Assembly: GCF_006345805.1 (NCBI RefSeq) | Contig: NC_043002.1 | Coordinates: forward strand, 61,628,001 to 61,692,000 | DNA: 64,000 bases | DNA from: Octopus sinensis | Taxonomy: Eukaryota | Direction of reading: 5' to 3' | Part shown: one piece after another, positions 38,421 to 51,423 of the stretch | How the letters are laid out: each line of letters starts with the position of its first letter | How positions within the stretch are numbered: position 1 is the first letter of the stretch | Made by a program: the position numbers and the translations under genes | The notes under the pieces: generated by a model | The model's input: only the letters and a program-made list of their open reading frames with translations | Databases searched by the model: none | Told to the model about the DNA's origin: nothing

Positions 38421-38880
38421 TATACTATACAAACCACCATACTAACATACGTACACAAATATCTCACCCTGCTGACAAAGAACATAAAACTTGATAGACG
38501 AACTGTAAATAAAACGCAAAAGTTGAATATAAACACGTTCAGAAATTGTGTCTAAAATCAAATATGACCAGAGACAGTGAGTGAGATAGATGCTAAATTA
38601 TACCTGGTTTTATATTTCAAGTTTCACTTTCTTGTTCTTTTTGTTCAAGTATATTTCTCATGGATACTACTGGGCGGTAGCAACACAAAATTTACTGTTT
38701 TAAATGAAGCATTTGAGAAATTTACAGATTTACAACTCGAAACAAGATATGAGAAGCAATATCATTTTTAATGTTATTCAACAACTATATCTATGTTTGT
38801 GATGTGTATGTATGTCTGTGTGTGTATCATATATTGTACAGTTACATGTATATATACAATGGCCCAGTTACATGTATATA

Positions 38881-39250
38881 TGCAATGGACTGGTGGTAAG
38901 TGCCGCAGACACGCGCTCATAGAATCTCGGTTTCGATTCCAACACCGGGCGTTGTAAGTGATTATTGAGCGAAAACACCTAAAGCTCCACGAAGCTACGG
39001 CAGAGGGTAGTGGCGAAACCCTGCTGTACTCTCTCGCCCCAGTTTTGTTTCATTCTTTCTTCTTGTTTCTGCTGTACCTGTATTTCAAAGGGCCGGCTTT
39101 GCCACATTCTGTGTCACGCTGAATCTCCCCAACAACTACGTTAAAGGTACCCGTTTCCGTGGAGTGCTCAGCCAATGCACGTTAATTTCACGGGCAGGTT
39201 GTCAACTGGATCGCATCAAATGGAATCCTCGTCGTCGTCGTAACCGACAG
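38881..39250 (+). mobile_element. SINE family C, full length, diverged
   Basis: Reverse-complement match to 38049-38420. Confidence 0.8.
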
Positions 39251-39462
39251 AGTGAAACATCGTACATATATACATACAAAATTTCCATAGTGTGCATATA
39301 TATGTGTACGTGTGTTTATGTAAGTGTAGGTGCGTATACGTGCGTGCTTGAGTATGTTTACATTTATGAAAGCATATACATTAAAAAATACATATGTAGG
39401 TGACTGTACGAGTGTGTCAGTTAGTATGTATCCGTAATTATATTAATTTATATTTACAAAGA

Positions 39463-39500
<38 letters not shown>

Positions 39501-39772
39501 TATATGTATGTATATATATGTTAATATGCATATGTACATATGTGTATATGCATATGTATAGACACACGTACAATATATATGTACACATTCACCACCACAA
39601 CACACATAATATATATATATACGTATATAGCTATCTCTCTCTCTCTCTCTTTCTATCTATCTATCTATCTATCTATTTATCTGTGTGTGTGGTCTGTATA
39701 TATATATATATATATATATCTATATATTATATATATATATATATTATATATATATATATAATAGACACACAT

Positions 39773-39823
<51 letters not shown>

Positions 39824-40361
39824 TATAGATAGATAGATAGATAGCTATATATATATATATGGAGAGAGAGAGAGAGAGAGAGGGGGGAGAAACAAAGAAA
39901 GAATGAAAGGGAGATTGATGAACTTACTTTGCTTGACATGGCGGCAGTAAAGCTGATACATGAGAGAAGCGGATATATCGTAGGAAGTTTCGTGACTAAA
40001 TTCAGTAAGCTGATTGATATGCAATGTTGCGAACCTGCTAACTTAAGTGTAAACCAGGTATATAAATTCTTTATTAGAACACCGGAACCGCGGAAACTGT
40101 TGGTGGTCTTCGTCGACAAAAACGATACGTTGAATTTCGTGTACTTTTCTCTGAGAGATAGAGAGGGAGGGAGAAAGAGAAAATATACACGTGTACATTT
40201 ATATATATATATTATATATATATATATATATTATATATTATATTATATATATATGTATATGTATATAACTATGTATATAAATATATATATATAATATGTA
40301 TATATATATATGTGTGTGTAAGTTATATGCATATGTATATATACCTATTCTATATGTTTAT

Positions 40362-40412
<51 letters not shown>

Positions 40413-40462
40413 TTATATATGCATATATCCATATATATACGTTTATATATATGTGTGTGAAT

Positions 40463-40500
<38 letters not shown>

Positions 40501-40575
40501 GCATATATATATATACATATACACACACACATAATACATATAGATATTCTCAGTATGTATACATGCGTACATATG

Positions 40576-40642
<67 letters not shown>

Positions 40643-40754
40643 GGGTGTGTTCGTGTGTATCTATACGTATATGTATGTATGTATATATATAAAGATATTA
40701 TATATATATATATATACACACACACATATATATATATATATATAAAGATACATA

Positions 40755-40788
<34 letters not shown>

Positions 40789-41895
40789 AGAATGTATGCA
40801 GGTGTGTTTGTGTGTGCATGTGTGTGTGTGTATGTGTGTGTATGTGTGTGTGTGTGTGAGTGTAATTTTCTTTCTCTCTTTCAAAAGGAAAGTAACTAAT
40901 CGTCAAATTTGTCGTGTCTTCCTCGCAACAGCATTTGAACTTATTCAAACTCACGAATTCTACTTTATTACATCAGCACGACAACTTCTCAAATTTCCGT
41001 CTTGTATACATGTTGTGTCCTAAACGCTGGGATAACTTTTATTTTGTGTGTCTATGTTTTTGGCGTGCTCTTCATACTCAAGTTACTATCTTGTGCGTTT
41101 AAGTATATCAAATTTTTTATCATGTCATTATATATACGTTATATATATTTTGTATAATCTTTTTGTCTGATCTATCTGTTATTTATATAAATTTTGCCAT
41201 CCTTACACATTTTCTGAAGTTTATGTGTAAACCTTAAGTATTTTATTGAACGCGTAAACGATGCCATACTTATAATTTTGTAGTTTCGTTTTGTCATATT
41301 TTTTTGATCAGTTGCAAAATCGGTAAATCGGTGGATAATATGTGCGATCGTTCAACTTTTGAGATCAAATTATTCTGTTGTTCATAAAATATGATTTCTA
41401 AGTTTGAGAGAAGGTCAGAGGTTTTAGGAGAGAGAAACAATAAGACAATTACATCGATACCAATGTCCAAATGATATTTATTTATCGACTACGAAAAGAT
41501 GAATGATAAACTTGACCTAGGCAAAGTTTTATATTTGAACATAAAGAACCGTAGCGATGTCCATTAATTAGAGAATCAGGAGTAAGCTAGTCTCTATTTA
41601 AGGGACTATATGTCTCGCAAATGTTATAACCCCTATTTCTGGGCCTCTCTTTCTACTATAGGCGCAACTGCTGACAATTTGAGTGAGAGGGATAGTCAAT
41701 TATATCGATCATAGTTTTCAAATGTGCTAGCCCAGAAGTTCTCAAACTTTTTTAGGCCACCAACCCTCATAGCCACATAACAATTTCAGCGCCTCACCCC
41801 TTATTTTTAAGTATGAATAAATATTTTATATTTTACTAATTTATATATACTATCATTTGATATTTAACATAATATTATATAACTTGTATACAATA

Positions 41896-41963
<68 letters not shown>

Positions 41964-42810
41964 TCATAGCGTTGCCCTATCCATCGCCTTCCTTCCTCAA
42001 AACATCCCTTTTCTCTACCGCCTCCCCAGGGCCTCACCAGCGTCCACCTGGACCGTCTCAACGCCCATCGGGGGACGGTAGCGCTCACTTTCAAAACCTC
42101 TGTACTACACCGTGAAACAATGAAAAACAAAATCGAATACGGCAGAATTTGAACTTCAACGTAAACTATGAAACTAATAATAATTTTAACTGAACATTCG
42201 TTCGGCTTGATTTTATAAGCCCCGTCTTCTTGTATATTAAAATTTGATATGAAAAACAAAATATGTAGAATTGGTATATGTATCTAAGTTTAATGTTGTG
42301 TATGTGCGCGAGGAAATATTGGAGAATTACAACGTAATAACGTAGGTTGATGTTGAATAACAAAGTGTCTATATGTGTCTGTCTGTAATTGATAAAAGTG
42401 AATTGATAAAACTACTTTGGAAAAGGTAATGTCAGATGACATATATACAGGCACATTAAAGAAACTATAACGCTATCTTCTCTAAAAATATCACAATTAT
42501 TAACTTAGAAAATTAAACTTTTGTGTCCATCTTTCAATATTTAATTATTGCCTGAAGATAAGTGTGCGTAGTAAAAAGATAGTTTGCTAACCATATTGTT
42601 TCCCGTTTGGTCTCACAGCATGAAACTTTGGTCAAATATCTTCTACTATGCCTCCAAGCCGTTCAGTTCTGTTTGGTAGATGAATACCGTGTAGAATTTC
42701 TTTATATATATTATATATATGTGTGTGTGTGTGTGAGGGAGAGCGAGAGAGAGAGTGTGTGTGTGTTTGTGTGTGTGGTTATATGTGTGCGTGAATGCAT
42801 ATGCGTGTCT

Positions 42811-44170
42811 GTCGTTGACCCGCGACGTGAGCTCTGCTATTGTCTTTCTGGCCTGACTTCCTTGAAGTGTGGACGGCATTTTCTGTTGCTCCTTCACCGT
42901 TCTCAAAAATAGCGTTGGTAATACTTTTTCTCGTTCGGCTTAACATCCCTTCTTGTCTTGTTATTCTCCTTGTCCTGTCTTTTACTGTTTATATTTTGTA
43001 CTGTCGTTACTGTTCTGTTTTTGTTACCATTTTTACCCCTCCGCAAAAAGTTCTCAAATTTTATTTAATTTGCTTTTCGCAGGAAGGAAAGTTTCTAGCG
43101 AAGATGCGTATCGCCTTCACCTTCGAAACGCAGAGTAGGTGAAACCATGGCGACTGAAGAAGGGGAATTTTCCTTGTATTATTTGTCCTGTACTCTATTT
43201 TTTCGTTGTTTAAGAAAAATGTCGAGTTCCTTGGTTTTGTGTTTATGTTTTCGTTTCTCATTGTGTTCGACGTTTTTTTGGTGCCATGTACCCATATATG
43301 CGTGTATATATACATGTAGAGGTAGGTACGTCCATATATGTATGTATATATGCATGTGTTTTATCTATTAATTTATTATATAACGGAACGCACGCATCCA
43401 TTTCTAGGTAAGATTGTTCTTGATATTAATAATGATGCGCACTCTTGATCTTTCTGTCCCCTCCCTTTCTCAGCCTTCATTCTTTCTGGTTTCCTTTTCT
43501 TCTACCTTACTGTCTCTCCCTCTCTCTCATTCTTCATTCTTCTGGTTTCCTCACAACCATTCCCTTTTTCTCTTTCGCTTTTTCTTGCTCCTCCTCCTCC
43601 CTCCCGTCGTTGACCCGCGACGAGAGATCTGCCATTGTTTGTCTGGCCTGACTTCCTTGAAGTGTGGACAGCATTTTCTGTTGCTCCTTCACCGTTCTCA
43701 AAAATAGCGTTCGTAATACTTTATCTCGTTCGGTTTAACATCCCTTCTTGTCTTGTTATTCTCCTTGTCCTGTCTTTTACTGTTTATATTTTGTACTGTA
43801 GTTACTGTCCTGTTTTTGTTACCATTTTTACCCCTCCGCAAAAAGATCTCAAATTTTATTTAATTTGCTTTTCGCAGGAAGGAAAGTTTCTAGCGAAGAT
43901 GCGTATCGCCTTCACCTTCGAAACGCAGAGTAGGTGAAACCATGGCGACTGAAGAAGGGGAATTTTCCTTGTGTTATTTGTCCTGTACTCTATTTTTTCG
44001 TTGTTTAAGAAAAATGTCGAGTTCCTTGGTTTTGTGTTTATGTTTTCGTTTCTCATTGTGTTCGACGTTTTGTTGGTGTCCTGTACCCATATATGCGTGT
44101 ATATATACATGTAGAGGTAGGTACGTACATATATATGTATATATGCATATATTTTATTTATTAATTTATT
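42811..44170 (+). repeat. Two near-identical ~565-bp direct repeats (42811-43375 and 43606-44170) of an unclassified interspersed family
   Basis: Both begin gtcgttgacccgcgacg, offset 795 bp, with few substitutions. Confidence 0.9.
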
Positions 44171-44174
44171 ATAA

Positions 44175-44209
<35 letters not shown>

Positions 44210-44765
44210 AATATATATGTGTGCCAGAATACGTATTCATGTCTGTATATATATATTTATATATATATATGAATATATATGGAGAATATGATGAGTTTAG
44301 TTTACTGGTGATGTATTTAATTAAAAGACATAAATGCCTTCCTCCTCCACTTCACCAAAAATCATTACGTCTGACCTCTCACCCTTAACTGACCCTTACG
44401 ATGAATAATACTGACACATTATTTTCATTTAAAACATTTTTTGTTATTTATTTTACTTTTGCACTTATTCATTCTTTCCCACACCTATCTCACCCACATA
44501 CTCAACTTGTCGCTCATGATGGAAAACCTAGTGTACGATCATGCAAGCCTAACTCTTGGAATATCTCTGAAACAGCTGTAAGACTTCGAATTCACTTTAC
44601 CCTAATTAAATATCCTAAATTACTTGAGATACTTGTCCTGCTTTGGATTTTGTTGTCTTTTTCTCTCTTACACTCAGGCACATAGACGCATAAACTGTGC
44701 CGGTTCTTTACTCATTCACTACTTATACATTTTGTGTAATTTTTCTATCATATATATATATGGGA

Positions 44766-45190
44766 GAGGTATGCAGTAATATATATCTGGAAGATCCTGG
44801 AAGGAACTGTGCCCAATTTTGGCATTGAAAGCTACACCTATGCCAGAACGGGACGACACTGCATGGTGCCAAAGATCCCAGCAATGCCATCACGCTTCAG
44901 GACCAGTTACTGCAACAGCCTGGGTTTCAAGGGCCCACAGCTTTTTAATATTCTCGCAAAGAGTCTGAGGAACTTGCACAAAGTAGATGCAGGGGTCTTT
45001 TAATCAAAGCTGGACCTCTTCCTGTCGAGAGTCCCAGATGAGCCTACCTCACGGCAAGAGGTGCAAATGGGTGTAACTCTATCAAACTCCATTCTTCATC
45101 AAGGGCCACATATTAGAGGAGGCCCCTAGTAATAACAGTGTAGCGGAAAACGGCGGTCCATCAGCATGGCCGCAGCTCTGAGCTGAAACT
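44766..45190 (+). mobile_element. 3' end of a CR1/L2-group LINE
   Basis: RERYAVIYIWKILEGTVPNFG...GRHC..P...SLGFKGPQLFNIL...LRNL...F*SKLDLFLSRVPDEP, followed by a 3' UTR ending cagcatggccgcagctctgagctgaaac. Confidence 0.8.
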
Positions 45191-46030
45191 TTAAATATAT
45201 ATATATATATATCAAAAAATGTATATATATATATAGATAGATAGATAAATAGAGAGACAGATGTGAGTGTGTTTGTGTATGTGTGTGTTTGAGTATGCGC
45301 ATGACGTCTTCAGCTTCATGGCATTGTGGGTAGAAAACTAGAAACTCGTGACGGCGTCACAATCTCAGTCAACCAAACATGATGGTAATCTTACCACAAT
45401 ACACACACAGAGACACACACAGAGACACACACGTGCGCGCACGCACTTCTTGGCCAAACTAGTTGTGGTGAAATAAAGTTAGGGTTTGTACACTTAAACA
45501 ATGTTTCAGTAGACAGAAGCGAGTTGCAGTTTCTCTCAGTGGGACACGATAAACAGAAAGTAGATTGTATTCACACAGATCCTAAATGTTATTAACAACT
45601 GAAGTGAATAGAAACAATGAGAACAGAATCCATTTGGACAGATGGTCCTTCTTGCTCCACTGATGTGAATGTTACTGCTAAACCAATTACCAGAGTTAAA
45701 GAAACACATTCACCTCCCAGAGTGTTCTAATTACTACCAAAACATATGGAGAGATATTTAGATGTAAATATCGCCCAACAGAAGCTCAGCTGTCCATAAA
45801 ACTCTTATCTGTGCGGTCAGCAGCTTCTGCTAATAATAAGATAAGTAATTAATTTAACATCGTCAAATACCATAGTAGATATAATTGTCTTGTTTTGTTT
45901 TGATACATGATATTGTTTATATATTTCTTTCTCGATGGACAAGTTCGGTCGTGTTTTGCGTTTCAGTCCCATACACACATAGAGCGAACTTAATTAAATA
46001 TCATGCGAGTGTGTGTGTATACATGTATGT

Positions 46031-46073
<43 letters not shown>

Positions 46074-46426
46074 AAACACACACACACACATATATATATG
46101 CATATATAAACATATATATATATATATATATATATGGACGCATACGTATGCATATAAATTTATATACGCTCGCGTACATTTTCATACAACCATATATGTA
46201 CACACACACACACATATGCATATACACAAATACACATGAATACATGTGTAACTATTTTTCTATTTCTCTGTACATACATAGATACATACATACACGCATA
46301 CATATTTAGACATAGATTTATGTAGATACTTATTTACTCTTATGCATGTATATTGTACGTACTTGCGCGTAGCAATGCATATATGCACGCACATGATGTA
46401 TATATATATATATATATTTATATATA

Positions 46427-46762
46427 GAGGGCATTATACATACATGCCAGAAGGCATTATACATACATGCCAAACGCTAAGAAGGACAATTAGTCATTTC
46501 TACCAAAAATGTTGATGTCGAGCAGTTAGCTGATCGGCTTAAGCGGGGCAGGGTCGTTGTTTATTTATAATACATTCAGGCCTGCTGATGAGTACGTAAG
46601 TATGAAATCACTGTGATACAGGTCTATATTTTTTTAAATGTCTTACTTTGAAAAATTGCATTCGGTGGGATTAGTAATATTTTTGGTAGAAATGACTAAT
46701 TGTCCCTCTTAGCGTTTGGCATGTATGTATAATGCCTTCTGGCATGTATGTATAATGCCCTC
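46427..46762. mobile_element. 336-bp MITE-like element with 84-bp TIRs (GAG...CTC termini, TATA flanks) enclosing a hammerhead ribozyme
   Basis: TIRs at 46427-46510 and 46679-46762 differ at 1 of 84 positions. Each contains a duplicated 22-bp sub-repeat ggcattatacatacatgcca. Confidence 0.85.
46579..46624 (+). ncRNA. Minimal type I hammerhead ribozyme
   Basis: GGCCUG-CUGAUGA-GUAC-guaa-GUAU-GAA-AUCACUGUGAU-A-CAGGUC. 6-bp stem I, 4-bp stem II with GNRA loop, near-palindromic stem III, cleavage after AUA at 46618. Confidence 0.85.
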
Positions 46763-46882
46763 TATATATAAATTAATATGTTCAATAAGAAATAATTATT
46801 TTCGAAATTTTTTTCTCTTATGAGGTTTTTACGCTATCTACCTGACAATAAGTTTTCCTTATTAAGTAGTTGTCCTTAATTG

Positions 46883-46922
<40 letters not shown>

Positions 46923-47817
46923 TCTGTGTATATATATATCATTTGTGCATATGTATCCTTTGTGTGAACAGTTTTTCTTTTCATTTTTTACGTATTCACT
47001 TCATTGGCTGCGCAACGCCTTCAAATATTTTTGCCGTTAAAATTGTCTCCAGTATATGTTTTAAGTGTAAGGCGTAGACAGCTTATCCCTATTGTGCTAG
47101 GGACCTATATTCTAGGAATTAATCATGCAGTTTGACAAACCTGGAGAAATATACATGCACCCAGCACAAACGTGCACAAGACCTCCCCTTTGTCGTAGAA
47201 GTCATAATTAAACTAGATGTAGCAGAATATTTCTACGAGCAATTGGAACATAACTCTAATTTTCTTTCTTTTCTTGCTTACGTTTACTTCTGTTTTTTTC
47301 TTGCATGAATCTTCTCGTTCTTATGCATTACTTTTTGATCTCGTGGTTTATAACCTTCCTGCGTCCGTATTTCCAAACATAACAGACCTTGTGCTCAAAG
47401 TCTGGAGATTACTTGAGGACACAAGGCACGCTATAAAAAACCAACCTTGACACGGGTCTTCACAGCAAGAAACTATTCACAAATCTTAACTCTATGCTTT
47501 GTACTATATATTTATCTGTCAGTGGATGGATCAATTTTTTTGCTTATATTACCATAACAGGATAGTATACTATACATACATACATATATACATACATACA
47601 TACATACATACATACATACATACATACATACATGCATACGTGCATACATACATACATACATACATACATACATACATACATACACACTCGTACATACATA
47701 CATACATACATACATACATACATACATACACACATACATACATACATGCAAAATAACGCAAAATAAAACTGTATTCACGCACGAAACTTTAAATATATAA
47801 TATATAATCAGCTACAA

Positions 47818-48650
47818 GGTGGCGAGCTGGCAGAAACCTTAGCACGCCGGGCGAAATGCTTAGCAGTATTTCGTCTGTCGCTACGTTCTGAGTCCAAATT
47901 CCGCCGAGGTCGACTTTACCTTTCATCCTTTCGGGGTCGATAAATTAAGTACCAGTTACGCACTGGGGTCGACATAATCGATTTAATCCGTTTGTCTGTC
48001 CTTGTTTGTCCCCTCTGTGTGTAGCCCCTTGTGGGCAGTAAAGAAATAAGAAACCTTAGCACGCCAGGCGACATGCTGAGCGCTATTTCGTCTGCCGTTA
48101 CGTCCTGAGTTCAAATTTCGCCGAGGTCAACTTTGCCTTTCAGCCTTTCGGGGTTGATAAATTAAGTACCAGTTATGCACTGGAGTCGACATAATTGATT
48201 TAATCCGTTTTTCTGTCCTTGTTTGTCCCTTCTGTGTTCAGCCCCTTGTGGGTAGTAAAGAAATAGGAGTTTCGTCTCCCGCTACGTTCTGAGTTCAAAT
48301 TCCGCCGAGGTCGACTTCGCCTTTCATCTTTTCGGGGTCGATAAATTAAGTACCAGTTGCCTACCGCTGTTGATCTTATCGACTGGCCCCCTCCCTAAAA
48401 AATTCGGGCCTTTTGCATAGAGCAGAGAAGAATATAGTAAAGCGGCGAGCAGGCAGAGACGTTAGCACGCCGGGAGAAATGCTTAGCGTTATTTCGTCTA
48501 TCTTTACGTTCTCAGTTCAAGTTCCGCTAAGTTCGAGTTTGCCTTTCTTTCTTTCGGAGTTCAGTAAATTAAGTACCAGTTGCGTACAGGGGTCGATCTA
48601 ATCGACTGGCTCACTCCGCAAAAATTTCGCGCCTTATGCTTAGATTAGAA
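47818..48650 (+). mobile_element. Tandem multimer of SINE family B
   Basis: Units at about 47818-48050, 48051-48265, 48266-48410 and 48440-48650 with progressively truncated heads. Confidence 0.9.
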
Positions 48651-49504
48651 AAGAATATATAATCAGATACAATGATCCTCAGGAGCATATGTTTAGAATA
48701 AACAAAAAAAAAAAAAATAGCTCAATTTTCAAACAAATATAATAATTTGATTACTCTCAACATCTGTTTCACTATCATTAAACATCATTGATTCTATAAA
48801 TATGTAATTATCTTTATATAATTAAGACAAATTTAAATAAAAGTCTTGAATTTAAACCAGCAAACAACTTACGGCAGTCATTAGCAGAAGTGATCCTGAT
48901 GATCTTGAATAAATATTACTTTTAATTAATCTATATGAATTAATTATGCATCCTTATTAAACAATTATAAAATAAATGATGCTTATTTCTAATAAAACAG
49001 CCATTGAAAGAAATTAAATTATTATCTATTTGTGAAAGTTTTGCATTTCTCTTTTATCATATATTTGTGTGGTGTGTGGTGTGTATGTGTATGTATGTGT
49101 GTATGAGTGTGTGTGTGAGTATGTGTGTGTGTGTGGGTGTGACTACACCGACTAAATCGTAGCACATTGTTATACATTGCTTGTTAAAAAGTGCTTCCTC
49201 CCGTTGCAGTAACTTTCGAATGATGCCATTCCTTTGGCTAGGAAAGCAGACCAATAACCGCCAGTGAACGGAAAGACAGAATGAGGTAGCGTTAATCATT
49301 AACGACTGAGTGAACTAGAGCAATATAAAAAGCAAGTGTTTCGTTCAAGAACGTAACGCAGAGCTGATCTGGGAATCGAAACCACAAGTATACGTGCACT
49401 GGCACATGCAAACGTTTCTGGCGGCGATCGGCTTAGGCGTGGGTATTAAACAATTATAGAAGGTTTACAGCGGTGTATATATATCTATATACATATATAT
49501 AGAG

Positions 49505-49579
<75 letters not shown>

Positions 49580-49659
49580 CAGACATACCGATTTATACAT
49601 AGGTAGATAAAAATACAGCTAGATAGATAGATTCATAGATAGATAAATATATAGATATA

Positions 49660-50060
49660 TATGTTTCTTTATTAGCCACAGGGGGCTGAACACAGAGGGG
49701 ACAAATTACAAAGAAAAAAATAACAGGAGGCTAGGTTTTCGATCAAAAAGGATCGTAAAATATGAAAGAAAACGATCGATAGCAATCGTGTATCACAGAA
49801 ATGTCATGATGTAAATGGTAAAGGGTGAAGGGGGAAACAGATAAGGTTTATCCGTGGAAAGAAAAGCCCACGAAAAAGACCACGGTAACCTCGGTTAATA
49901 ATGTCACATGTTAACACATTTATTTGCAAGTAAGTAAAATTTTCCGGGTTGATAGGATGATGCTCAAGGTGGCTTCGTCATTCATACGTGTTATCCTTGC
50001 TACATTCACCCATCTTTATTTTTAAATATTCGTTAGACAAAACTTTCCTTTCTACTGACG
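49660..50060 (-). mobile_element. 3' end of a Tx1/L1-type LINE
   Basis: VERKVLSNEYLK../RWVNVARITRMNDEATLSIIL resembles the ORF2 C-terminus. The 3' UTR ends tttgtcccctctgtgttcagccccctgtggctaataaagaaac. Confidence 0.55.
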
Positions 50061-50580
50061 AATATATAGATAGGTAGATAGCTAGATATGTAGTTATGTA
50101 GGTAGTTTGGTAGGTATGCATGTAGGTAGATAGATACATACATACATACACGGGAAGATAAATCGATTGATTTATTAATTGATATATTGATTGATTGATG
50201 ATTGATTGATTGATAGACAGATGGAAGTTACTAGTAATGCCATTCTCTCACTAAAGTAATATTAAGTAATTTCATTTTCCCAAGTTAACCTTCACTTCAA
50301 ACCCTTGTAAACGTTGCAAGAACAACATTAATTCAAGAACTATGTTGTTGCATGTACTCAAATGTTCTGTCCTTACGTCTTATATGATTTATCATGTTTT
50401 GATCCGGAATAACACATTCGGCAGTGGATTATATCTGACATGTATGATTAATTAAAATATTTAGCAAGAATATATCGTCTACATTTTCGTATTTATTCTC
50501 TGATTTAATCACACTGATATAATATACTATATTATATATATATCCGTGTGTGTGTGTTTGTGTGTGTATTTGTGTGTGTG

Positions 50581-50820
50581 TGAAGACGCATGGCTCAGTG
50601 CTTAAACTTTAGGCTCACAATTATTAGGCAGTCAATTTAATTCTAGGACCAGGCTTGAGCAAAACACTTAATTTCACGTTGTTTCAATTCACTCAGCTTT
50701 AGAAATGAGTTGCAACGTCATTTGTGCCAAGCTGTATCTGCCTTTCTCTTTCTGTTGGACAAAATTGGCGGTGTGGAGAGGGGGTTGTGGGTATGCATGG
50801 GCGACTGATAGTTTTCCACG
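50581..50820 (+). mobile_element. SINE family D, diverged
   Basis: Head tgaagacgcatggctcagtg, colinear with the reverse complement of 50880-51217. Confidence 0.7.
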
Positions 50821-50879
50821 AACGTCATTCATTACCCTTTATATATATATATATATATATTCTTTTTTTTTTCTTTTCT

Positions 50880-51213
50880 TTTAGACCCCCTTCGGTCATG
50901 AATGACCATGGGATTGCATCTAGAAAGTTACCCTCCTAGACACAAGTCCGGGCAAGGTTGTTTTATGGAAGACCAGCAGTCGCCCATGCATACCAGCCTC
51001 CCCTCTCCACGCCACCAGTGTTATCCAAGGGAAAGACAAAGGTCAATACAGCTTGGCACCATTGACGTCGCAACTCATTTCTAAAGCTGAGTGAACTGGA
51101 GCAACGTGAAATAAAGTGCCTTGCTCAAGAACACAACACGCAGCCCGGTCCGGGATTCGAGCTCACAACCTCACGATCGTAAGCTCGACGCTCTAACCAC
51201 TGAGCCATGCGCC

Positions 51214-51217
<4 letters not shown>
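50880..51217 (-). mobile_element. SINE family D, full length, with RTE-like tail
   Basis: tRNA-like head tgaaggcgcatggctcagtggttagagcgtcgagcttacgatcgtgaggttgtgagctcgaatccc; tail ...gcaatcccatggtcattcatgaccgaagg. Confidence 0.85.
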
Positions 51218-51256
<39 letters not shown>

Positions 51257-51309
51257 ATGCAAGCGTATATATGTATATTTATATATTTATGTATATATAT
51301 ATATGGATT

Positions 51310-51341
<32 letters not shown>

Positions 51342-51343
51342 AT

Positions 51344-51375
<32 letters not shown>

Positions 51376-51377
51376 AT

Positions 51378-51423
<46 letters not shown>

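Noticed and set aside
41725-41790. cagaagttctcaaactttttt resembling a hAT MITE terminus
   Set aside because: No matching opposite terminus or TSD was found.
43085-43190. CUGAAGA followed by a hairpin (also CUGAUGA at about 35942) as a possible hammerhead
   Set aside because: No GAAA follows stem II and no stem I/III arrangement could be built for type I, II or III.
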